Of a stretch of 29,822 nucleotides of DNA, positions 1-7,469 are shown one piece after another. Position 1 is the stretch's first letter, and each line of letters opens with the position of its first letter. The stretch spans positions 1 through 29,822 of the IMG/VR virus record IMGVR_UViG_3300037787_000004. The stretch is one strand, 5' to 3'. The stretch comes from a virus. Taxonomy: Duplodnaviria > Caudoviricetes. The notes below the pieces were generated by a model. It saw nothing but the letters and a program-made list of their open reading frames with translations, was not told the DNA's origin and searched no databases. A program made the position numbers and the translations under genes.

Positions 1-127
1 CAACAAACCTTGAGTACGTCGAAGGGGTTTACCTTCCTGAACTCGTACCATTGCATTGGCCTACTATACTCTACTTTTCCCTCCGGTGCAACGGGTGCTA
101 CCTTCTCTACTGAATAAGTGTAAACCG
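1..127. repeat. Terminal direct repeat, left copy (127 bp)
   Basis: caacaaacct...gtgtaaaccg is identical to 29696-29822; the length matches a common assembler k-mer overlap. Confidence 0.95.
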
Positions 128-134
128 CTTTCAT
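1..134 (-). CDS. 5' part of the DnaA domain IV-like gene, crossing the circular junction
   Basis: ATG at 134 overlaps the exonuclease stop (ATGA, 131-134) and reads MKAVYTYSVEKVAPVAPEGKVEYSRP in frame into MQWYEF of ORF 29431..29751. Confidence 0.8.
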   Translation of the reverse strand, partial: MKAVYTYSVEKVAPVAPEGKVEYSRPMQWYEFRKVNPFDVLKVC

Positions 135-742
135 ATCGTCTTAATTAATTGTTTGATGTATTCCCGAGCGTTATTCACTCGTTGCTGAAGGTCCTCGATA
201 ACATACTGATTGTAACCTACCTCATAAACCTTTACGCGATGCTTAGCTTCAACTTGTGAGTAGTCGTAGTGAACGTGCGTTAGATCTTCGGGTGTTTCCA
301 TCAATACGTAAACTAACTCGGCCTTCTTTAATCCAGTCAAGTGCATATAAACCTGCAGCTGGTAATAGTAGTCCTTAGTCGGTATCTCATCCTCAAACAA
401 AGGGAAGGTAAAGCAATCCCAGCTGCTCTTGATATCCACCACCTTTTCGCGTGGGAAGATAACATCGGGTGTACCGGTGAAGAAATCATCCTCGTAGCTT
501 TCTTCGTTTTTAACTGCTAAATCCCAACCGAGCACCTTCTCTGCAAAGTTGATCGAATCCTGCTCCACCTCAATCCCTTTGGTAAGGTACTTGGAAGTGA
601 TAACTTGTCGCACTCCGTAAATCTGCTCCTTAGTCCACTCCTGAAGATAACTCTTAGTGGTTTCGGAAAGAACCTCCCCCTTTTTACGGGGGTTGGTCAT
701 TAATTTACCTGCGGCTGATGCTCTAATTTTGAACTCTTTCAT
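131..742 (-). CDS. YqaJ/lambda-exonuclease-like PD-(D/E)XK recombination nuclease
   Basis: GTPD..DIK catalytic motif, YYYQLQVYM motif, N-terminal RASA; adjacent to ERF. Confidence 0.85.
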   Translation of the reverse strand: MKEFKIRASAAGKLMTNPRKKGEVLSETTKSYLQEWTKEQIYGVRQVITSKYLTKGIEVEQDSINFAEKVLGWDLAVKNEESYEDDFFTGTPDVIFPREKVVDIKSSWDCFTFPLFEDEIPTKDYYYQLQVYMHLTGLKKAELVYVLMETPEDLTHVHYDYSQVEAKHRVKVYEVGYNQYVIEDLQQRVNNAREYIKQLIKTI

Positions 743-1302
743 TTTACTTGGTTTGCTTGGATTAGTAATGCTTCACGGTCTGCACCGGTGAGCTTGAATT
801 TACGATCGATTTGGTTAATGTTTACCGTATTATCTCGGAGTGCTAAGACTGCCTTCTGCCAAGTTGGAGTACCTGGTTTGAGCTCTTCTTTACTCGGTGC
901 GGGTTGGTTACGCTTCATTGCGCGTTCTCCATCGTCGTCGTTTTCTGCATTGAGTGATAATGCTGCGCTGATGGAATAACGCCTCGCATACGTAATGGCT
1001 GAACCCATCGCTTGTGGATCATTCTCCTTCGCAGCTACTAACTCCGTTCCGAGAATGGAAACGTACTGCCCTGATGAATGTACGAAGGTAGTAACGATGT
1101 GATTGTCGTGTACCGGTTGGAATACTGCTAAGCCGTGCTCCTGAAGAACGGGTTCTACCTCGTTGAGGATTGCAGAAAGATCTGCGTACTTGGATTTGAA
1201 AAAAGGGTTTTTACTTCCTTTGGTGATTGAGCCGATGTGACTCTTGGCTGCAACGAGTGCCTTCAAGACCTCGTCTGCATTGGGTGACTGTTGAATAAAC
1301 AT
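739..1302 (-). CDS. erf: ERF-family single-strand annealing protein
   Basis: NPFFKSKYADL and GSAITYARRY..DDDG signatures. Confidence 0.9.
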   Translation of the reverse strand: MFIQQSPNADEVLKALVAAKSHIGSITKGSKNPFFKSKYADLSAILNEVEPVLQEHGLAVFQPVHDNHIVTTFVHSSGQYVSILGTELVAAKENDPQAMGSAITYARRYSISAALSLNAENDDDGERAMKRNQPAPSKEELKPGTPTWQKAVLALRDNTVNINQIDRKFKLTGADREALLIQANQVK

Positions 1303-1305
1303 AAT

Positions 1306-1398
1306 TTAATGGTTTGATTGATTAGTAAACTTGTTGTCTGCATACTGCTGAAGTTTTGCCCAGCCGATGAATAGTGCGATGAAAAGTAGTGCGTTCAT
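1306..1398 (-). CDS. 30-aa small hydrophobic peptide, first ORF of the early operon (below ORF-track cutoff)
   Basis: MNALLFIALFIGWAKLQQYADNKFTNQSNH; lies between the TATATTTG promoter and erf and ends 3 nt before the erf start. Confidence 0.6.
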   Translation of the reverse strand: MNALLFIALFIGWAKLQQYADNKFTNQSNH

Positions 1399-1424
1399 GA
1401 TTGATTAGTTAATGATTACGTAGG

Positions 1425-1453
1425 CAAATATAACACTTATTCACAAACTACAA
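1425..1453 (-). promoter_or_regulatory. Bacteroidota-type early promoter with a DnaA box in the spacer
   Basis: TATATTTG at 1432-1425 matches TAnnTTTG; TTG 18 nt upstream; TTATTCACA at 1437-1445. Confidence 0.7.
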
Positions 1454-1485
1454 CACAAAAAGTATATTTTTTTTCATTGAGGCAT

Positions 1486-1514
1486 AAAAAAAGGCCCGAG
1501 AATCAACCCGAGCC
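1486..1514 (-). terminator. Intrinsic terminator after the lysis cassette
   Basis: GGCUCGGG-UUGAUU-CUCGGGCC stem with two G-U pairs on the minus strand, followed by U7. Confidence 0.85.
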
Positions 1515-1537
1515 ATACTAATCAACTAACAAACTAC
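1486..1537 (-). ncRNA. Candidate ~50-nt small RNA
   Basis: TATCTTTA (-7-like) at 1549-1542, a G/U-rich segment, then the terminator; complementary to early leaders (see findings). Confidence 0.35.
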
Positions 1538-1565
1538 TTCGTAAAGATACGGAATCTAACCCGTA

Positions 1566-2000
1566 CTACATCAAGATCGAAACTAAAAGTAACACCCCCA
1601 AACCAACGCCTCCGTAGATTATTGCGTTCTTGGTGGTATTGAGCCTACGTTCCAGGATTGCTACCTCCTCCCGACAAAAGTCATAGCGCTGAACCATATA
1701 ACCCTTCTGCAACTCTTGCAATTCGATTTGTTTATTGTAGTTCCCAGCTAACTTGCGGAAGTCGATCGCTTGTGCTTTGTAGTGAAGTAATAGCTTGTCT
1801 TGCGTCTGAATGATGCTATCTGCTATTAATAGGTCTTGATACCAAGTCCACACCGCCCGGAATTGCGTACCCGTTAGCGACGTATCTGTCTGCCCATATA
1901 CGGACTTGGTCAATAATGATATCAGTATTAACCATGTAATGTAAAGAATCCACACGTTGCCTTCGCGTTTTGAGGATTTCAAGTTCTGAATTAAGCGCAT
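1566..2000 (-). CDS. Lysis-cassette membrane protein, spanin-like partner
   Basis: Signal-peptide-like N-terminus (..SVYG-Q), coiled coil, C-terminal hydrophobic helix; overlaps the 3' end of the upstream spanin-like gene. Confidence 0.55.
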   Translation of the reverse strand: MRLIQNLKSSKREGNVWILYITWLILISLLTKSVYGQTDTSLTGTQFRAVWTWYQDLLIADSIIQTQDKLLLHYKAQAIDFRKLAGNYNKQIELQELQKGYMVQRYDFCREEVAILERRLNTTKNAIIYGGVGLGVLLLVSILM

Positions 2001-2211
2001 TGATTGTATCTTGTTTCTCCTGCAAAGATAATAAAAGTATCTCGTTGGAGTGTTTTATTTCTGTCAAAACAACGTTAAGACTGTCATATTTGCGTTCTAA
2101 GCGATTATCTTCTTTCGATGGTACTCTATGTCCAAAACGTATCCAAATGCCGTAAGAAGCCGTAAAAACCACTAAAGCAAGGCATATAATATCTTTGGCT
2201 GTTACCTTCAC
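1816..2211 (-). CDS. i-spanin-like protein
   Basis: N-terminal transmembrane helix then heptad coiled coil; located in the lysis cassette. Confidence 0.55.
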   Translation of the reverse strand: MKVTAKDIICLALVVFTASYGIWIRFGHRVPSKEDNRLERKYDSLNVVLTEIKHSNEILLLSLQEKQDTINALNSELEILKTRRQRVDSLHYMVNTDIIIDQVRIWADRYVANGYAIPGGVDLVSRPINSR

Positions 2212-3320
2212 TCGAAGTAATGCGTTAATCGTGCAATCTGTCCTCTATCCCGTGAATGAATGAATCCCTCGATCGCCTTGATTGAACTATACCCGTTTCG
2301 GTGATGCCAACTATCTGTACCTGATGGACTGCGTAAACTCTCCACCGTTACTCCGGTGTAGTCTTTGGCCGTCTTGTGATGCACGTGATGGGTGTAAACA
2401 TATCGGAAGGTTGTTTTACTCCAATCCTCTTTTGCTTCGTGAGCCATCAATAATGGTAGGTCGGCTTGCTTTGCTCCGTCTCCGTGCGTCGTGCCGATTA
2501 GGTTGTTAAAATATCGGTAGTATTTACGATGGCTGATTGAGCAGTCAAAGGTAATCGCATCGTTATTCCTGAACCACGTCTGTATCACATCGGCCAAAAA
2601 GAACCCGTTGGTGTAGTCGTGATTACTTGGATTGAATACGAAGTGGACTGGTGCTACCGTGCAAAGGTATTCCAGGACCGCGATATAAATCTCCTTAGCA
2701 TGAAGGAAGTTATCGTACCACATCCCATCCGTATCTTGTGGTGTGCCTGATGTCGTAGTTCTCTTTGGAGTGTCGATGTGCAGAATATCATTGCCACCTA
2801 CGAATAGAATCTGGTCGATGTCGAATCCCTGCGCTTTGTGTAGGATACCTGCAACGCCCTCCAGGACTCTTTGCTTTGCTATCTTCACGTTGTACTCGTC
2901 GCCCGTTTCTACCTCCCGTGCTAACTTTCCAATGTGAACGTCGGCTGGATCAATAACCAATAGGTGAGGGTTCTCTGAATGTTTGTAGTTGTATTCCGGG
3001 TAACTTGGCGCGTGATTCTGCATCTCAGCAATCAACTCATCGCGAATATCCTCGTACTTAACGGACTCCGGTTTGATATGTGCGCTGATGTGCTTTCCTT
3101 TGAACCAATAGTGATTCACTTGGTCGGCATTGAATCCGTTCTGCTTTGCGAACTCATATAACCCTGAATGTTCTCGTAGTTTCTTTTGCAGGTAGAATTT
3201 CTTGCGAAGGTTGTCTTTATTTACTCCGTATTGAGCAGATAACTCGCGGCAAAGGCCACGTAGATTCTTAGCACCATCAAGTTGATCGTAATGCTTTTCG
3301 ATTATTTCGTTTGTAGTCAT
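2208..3320 (-). CDS. Calcineurin-like metallophosphoesterase
   Basis: DVH, GND, SNHD, THGD and HHVHH metal-binding motifs in canonical order. Confidence 0.85.
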   Translation of the reverse strand: MTTNEIIEKHYDQLDGAKNLRGLCRELSAQYGVNKDNLRKKFYLQKKLREHSGLYEFAKQNGFNADQVNHYWFKGKHISAHIKPESVKYEDIRDELIAEMQNHAPSYPEYNYKHSENPHLLVIDPADVHIGKLAREVETGDEYNVKIAKQRVLEGVAGILHKAQGFDIDQILFVGGNDILHIDTPKRTTTSGTPQDTDGMWYDNFLHAKEIYIAVLEYLCTVAPVHFVFNPSNHDYTNGFFLADVIQTWFRNNDAITFDCSISHRKYYRYFNNLIGTTHGDGAKQADLPLLMAHEAKEDWSKTTFRYVYTHHVHHKTAKDYTGVTVESLRSPSGTDSWHHRNGYSSIKAIEGFIHSRDRGQIARLTHYFE

Positions 3321-3326
3321 AGCTGC

Positions 3327-3737
3327 TTAGTAATACCAAGTCGCGGCTGGCTTGGTCGTGTCGATGTCTAAATGCACAAAGGTCCGCGCGATGCCTATCC
3401 GGGTGATGCCGTGTCGCTTTGCTGATGCTATTATGGTATCTCTTTGTGCTCTGCTTCGTATCTTGATATCTACTGCACAAAAACAAGGATCGGTATGCGC
3501 GCTATTCGCTACTCCTCCAACGTGCCTATTATGCTCTAAGGTGCGAACACCTGAATTGATTACGATCGGGAATCCTACCTCCTCTCGAATGGAATCCAAC
3601 TTGCCTACCAATACCGGACTGATTAACTCACCGCTGGTAATGTCGTCGGGTGAACTGAACTCGTTATAACTGAAATATGTCGCGGCTACTAATCCTACTC
3701 CTGCAATCCACTTCTGCGCCTTGCGTGATGGCCTCAT
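3327..3737 (-). CDS. Endolysin, peptidase M15 family, with N-terminal hydrophobic anchor
   Basis: SGVR..HN..VGG..NSAH..AVDI..FVHLD zinc-peptidase motifs. Confidence 0.9.
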   Translation of the reverse strand: MRPSRKAQKWIAGVGLVAATYFSYNEFSSPDDITSGELISPVLVGKLDSIREEVGFPIVINSGVRTLEHNRHVGGVANSAHTDPCFCAVDIKIRSRAQRDTIIASAKRHGITRIGIARTFVHLDIDTTKPAATWYY

Positions 3738-4030
3738 TTGATTTGGTTTGCTGCTAACGTCTGCTTGATTTCGCTAAGCTGCTCTTGAATGTGGTCTAAT
3801 ATCTTGAATATCTTATCGGTCGTGTCCTCATATCGGCCTAAATCCCTGCGAAGATATTCCACGTCTTTCTTAAGGTCTGATACCTCTACCTCTGCTCTGT
3901 TTACTCGCTCAATGGCCTGCTCGATGTCCTCGTACATCTGCTCGTACTTGCTCCATAATAGTTTGCCTATTACGGTGAATACGGTGCTCACTCCAATACC
4001 TACCAATGTAGCAACTAACTCAAAACTCAT
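3734..4030 (-). CDS. Putative holin or lysis membrane protein
   Basis: One N-terminal transmembrane helix plus coiled coil; ATGA-coupled to the endolysin. Confidence 0.55.
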   Translation of the reverse strand: MSFELVATLVGIGVSTVFTVIGKLLWSKYEQMYEDIEQAIERVNRAEVEVSDLKKDVEYLRRDLGRYEDTTDKIFKILDHIQEQLSEIKQTLAANQIK

Positions 4031-4045
4031 GCTCTTAATTTTTTA

Positions 4046-4082
4046 CAAAAGTGTCTAAATCCTCAAAGACTGCGTTCTAAAT
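4046..4082 (-). promoter_or_regulatory. Putative late promoter (lysis cassette)
   Basis: ATTTAGAACG-N19-CACTTTTG. Confidence 0.6.
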
Positions 4083-4770
4083 GTCCCGTAATTTGAATGT
4101 TTCTACGTACCTCGTTGAGACTCACGGGTGTTAGCTTGTGCTTATGTCGGTTGCGTGTTTTAGCAAAGGCTTCGTAACTCCAGATGTTCTGATCGCTCTT
4201 CACATCCACTACCAATGGATTCGGCCATTTGATTTCTTTGCAATAGTACCCGTGCTTATTAAATCGCATCTCGCTATCGTTGTCGAGTCCTTTGTTTAGC
4301 TTTTCGGTCCATACCAAACCCTCTTCTTCTAAGATGTGCTCCACCATCATTGTACTGATTAACCTACCTGCTCCGACAAACTTGTTTTTAAGGTGTGGTG
4401 CGTACTCAAACTCCACGCACTCATCGTTAAGTGAGTTCCAAAAGTAAAGCGTTTTAAACCCTGCTAAATGAACTCCCTCTGATACCAACTTCCCGATGGC
4501 CTTGAAGTAGTAATCCGATAAAAGGTCATCCGAGCCAACCTGGATAATATAGTCCGTATCTAAACAAGCCTCTAAACCTGCATTCCATTTCGCTCCGAGT
4601 GGATTGTTTTCTGCTCTTATTACCTCCCATCCGTAATGGCGCATAAATGCCTCGTCGTCGTCTGTTGAACAAACCGCTACCTTGTTTATCTCCCACTTGT
4701 CGTAATGCTCGCAGAATAGCTTCAAGATGGCTCTGCGCCCCCATACGCAGGTGAATAGTGTGTAGGTCAT
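4063..4770 (-). CDS. GT-A fold (family 2-like) glycosyltransferase
   Basis: N-terminal TCVWGR strand, GAKWNAG, GSDD (DxD-type) motif, GLD motif. Confidence 0.8.
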   Translation of the reverse strand: MTYTLFTCVWGRRAILKLFCEHYDKWEINKVAVCSTDDDEAFMRHYGWEVIRAENNPLGAKWNAGLEACLDTDYIIQVGSDDLLSDYYFKAIGKLVSEGVHLAGFKTLYFWNSLNDECVEFEYAPHLKNKFVGAGRLISTMMVEHILEEEGLVWTEKLNKGLDNDSEMRFNKHGYYCKEIKWPNPLVVDVKSDQNIWSYEAFAKTRNRHKHKLTPVSLNEVRRNIQITGHLERSL

Positions 4771-7469
4771 GTTGTAAGGTATTGGATTTGTACAAATAAA
4801 GTGCAGCCGTTGCTTAATTGGTCCGCTGCGTTGGTGTTATCCGATTTGAGAATCTGAACCGTGTTTGCGCTTGCTTGCATCCTTGAAACGTAGATATCAT
4901 CTCCGCTTGTGCTGCTTATTAAATGCGCGTGGCCTGAATACACATTAAATGCTTCGGTACTATATGGTAAACCCGTAACGCTTAATGCTCCCGTTGGTGA
5001 AGATACCGTACCGATTGGAATCCGTGCTGATACCATAACGATATTCTGAAACTTGTAATACCTCGCTTGGCCTCCGATCCCGATGGTTACCGATCCACCT
5101 CCAACCGTGATGCCTGGAGTCCAGTTGTCCACCTCTACCGAGTTTACTTGACTCGCTTGTTGTTGAGCCGTTAAGACGATTAAATCGCCCGGACCTATAT
5201 CGAAGTCCGTAGTGGCTGAACTTACGCTAATGGAAGTATCGCCCTGATCAACTTTTGCCGTAGTGGTGAATACCTGACTTTGGCCCGTACTTGCAGAAAT
5301 AACCGTGATATCATCTCCTGAACCGATAACTCCTGACTTGAAGAATCCTCCAATCGTGATACCGGTAATGGTGCTTCCCTTTGCAATCGTCTGATTCACC
5401 GAACCCTGACTTACCGCACCTGCTAACCCTGCCGTTAGTCCTCCCGTTGATGGAATCGTAGGTGTACCTGCGCCCGTTAATCCAGTTGGATTGGGTAGGC
5501 TTGCACTTCCCGAAGTTATTCCCGAGCTCTCGCGCTCTACCAACTCCCAAACGCCCTGCCATCTGTCGTTATTGGCAATGAACTTACCTCCGCAAAATAC
5601 GTAGTACTTTAAAGTCGATCCGTAGCGTAAACATTCATCCGGGTTGTACTCTCCGAAGATAGTCGCATATCTGCGTTCTCTTGGTACTTTCATCATCCGT
5701 AATGCCTCAACCACTGCTAAGTCGTTGAAGAAATACGCTGGACTAACCACGTTAAAATTCCATCTGCCCGTATCAATGGAGTAGGTCGATTTGTTTGATG
5801 TGATTTGTAGAAGGCCTGGCTCTATGGTGCTCTTAAATCTTGAACCGATTAATGCGTTTTGAGGGAAGTCATACTCATTAACCGTATCGCCTGATGTGTT
5901 GGTTGCCGTGAATAGTTTTTCTGATGCGTTGTCGTTATTGCCTCCCTCCAATGCAATGCGCACAAAGTTGGTGCGCCCTTGAAATACCGTATCCCCTGAA
6001 TATATTCCTAAATATGGATCGGTATCAAAATCTAACACAAAATTAGTGCTTACCCCTACGTCTGTTGTTGATCCATATCCGTTAAATATAGTTGGGATTG
6101 TTGCATAATTAAATGCTATTTCCCCAGTTAAATCATCTTCAGTAAATGCGGCCGTACTTATGGTGATTGGAATCTTTCTTCGTATTTGCTCACCATCGGG
6201 TAATAACCCTAAATCAACTGGCTGCGAAAAAGATGAAGGTGAAGTTACCCATCCATTTGAATTTGGATCAGCCCATAAATCCTTTTCTAAATAATATGTT
6301 GTAGTTCCATTTGTTAATTTAATCGCAACTAAGAAATAAATGTAGCTGAGTGGATAAACATATCCCGTACCCGTTCGGTTTGTTATAACCAACTCAACCT
6401 CCGCATCAATAATCAACCTCTTTGAACTACCCGCATTGCCTACTGCAAGAACTTGCTGATTGTAAGGAAATGCTACCGCGTTAAATCCAATCAACCTTCC
6501 AAAATAATTACTCTCTGGAGTAACGATATTCGAATTAAAGCGATGCTCATATATTCGGTTTACCTCGATAACTGGCTTCGCCCATTCGCGCTTCCCTCCT
6601 GCCAACTCGATAACCGTGCTTTGGTTTACTAAGGTTACCGCCTGGCTTGTGCTTGATGCCGTATTATCTCCGTTTCGGTCTATTATCGTTTCCCGTCGGT
6701 TTGCCGTCGTGTAGCTTGTGGCTTGCTCGATTAAGTAGTATCCGTTGGTCAATAAGATTCGTGCATTCCAATCGTGCAGAATGCTTTTTAATACGTCGTA
6801 GCATTTCGGAGCAGATAACCCTCCGCTATCTCGATCACGAACCCAATAATTTTCTACATAAACTGCCGTGTATTCCATCGGTTCGCGGCCCGTAGTCGAA
6901 TGGTCTCCGTGAAACCATTGCGTTGCGAACTTTAAGAAGTCCTTATTTACGATGTCATATCCATTGCCACCTAATTTGATAATCTCGGCAATAATCTCTG
7001 TAAAGCGTTTTCTGCCCGTTGTAGGGTTTCCTGAACCATCTACGTAATCAATCTCTTTAAGTCGCCCTAACGCATCCGTAGCCACTAAATTAATAAGGGT
7101 TGGGTAGGCATTTGGTTCTTTAACCATGTCGGTTAAGATCGGCCCCCACCAATACGGTACGTAGCTTCCCGTTGTATCTTCTGAAACGATTAGAAAGTAC
7201 CTTCCATCGTCGGCTTGTGCTATGTCGGTGATTAAGGTTTCCAATCCCGTATCGCCTGGATTGATAATCATCTCCGCGCTACACTTGCTCGCCTTGATCG
7301 GCTCTAATAGGTCGTCGTTGGGACTTTCGTATTGTATGGTGAATCCTGGTGCAGCTACCTCGAAGTCTAAGATTGTTGGTGTACCGGTTTCGTCTAAGTC
7401 GTAAATCTCTACCTCCCACTCGCGGCCGAGTTCGGAAGTAAATTGCGCCCGTGCTAATACTGCACCCAT
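4767..7469 (-). CDS. Large tail-tip/baseplate protein with C-terminal fibre-head-like domain
   Basis: 900 aa directly after the tape measure gene; beta-rich; C-terminal WTP..YYKFQNIVMV..GLPY pattern typical of receptor-binding heads. Confidence 0.75.
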   Translation of the reverse strand: MGAVLARAQFTSELGREWEVEIYDLDETGTPTILDFEVAAPGFTIQYESPNDDLLEPIKASKCSAEMIINPGDTGLETLITDIAQADDGRYFLIVSEDTTGSYVPYWWGPILTDMVKEPNAYPTLINLVATDALGRLKEIDYVDGSGNPTTGRKRFTEIIAEIIKLGGNGYDIVNKDFLKFATQWFHGDHSTTGREPMEYTAVYVENYWVRDRDSGGLSAPKCYDVLKSILHDWNARILLTNGYYLIEQATSYTTANRRETIIDRNGDNTASSTSQAVTLVNQSTVIELAGGKREWAKPVIEVNRIYEHRFNSNIVTPESNYFGRLIGFNAVAFPYNQQVLAVGNAGSSKRLIIDAEVELVITNRTGTGYVYPLSYIYFLVAIKLTNGTTTYYLEKDLWADPNSNGWVTSPSSFSQPVDLGLLPDGEQIRRKIPITISTAAFTEDDLTGEIAFNYATIPTIFNGYGSTTDVGVSTNFVLDFDTDPYLGIYSGDTVFQGRTNFVRIALEGGNNDNASEKLFTATNTSGDTVNEYDFPQNALIGSRFKSTIEPGLLQITSNKSTYSIDTGRWNFNVVSPAYFFNDLAVVEALRMMKVPRERRYATIFGEYNPDECLRYGSTLKYYVFCGGKFIANNDRWQGVWELVERESSGITSGSASLPNPTGLTGAGTPTIPSTGGLTAGLAGAVSQGSVNQTIAKGSTITGITIGGFFKSGVIGSGDDITVISASTGQSQVFTTTAKVDQGDTSISVSSATTDFDIGPGDLIVLTAQQQASQVNSVEVDNWTPGITVGGGSVTIGIGGQARYYKFQNIVMVSARIPIGTVSSPTGALSVTGLPYSTEAFNVYSGHAHLISSTSGDDIYVSRMQASANTVQILKSDNTNAADQLSNGCTLFVQIQYLTT

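Noticed and set aside
118-125. GTGTAAAC iteron half-site near the DnaA-IV start
   Set aside because: Lacks the second half, and the same 8-mer occurs in unrelated coding regions
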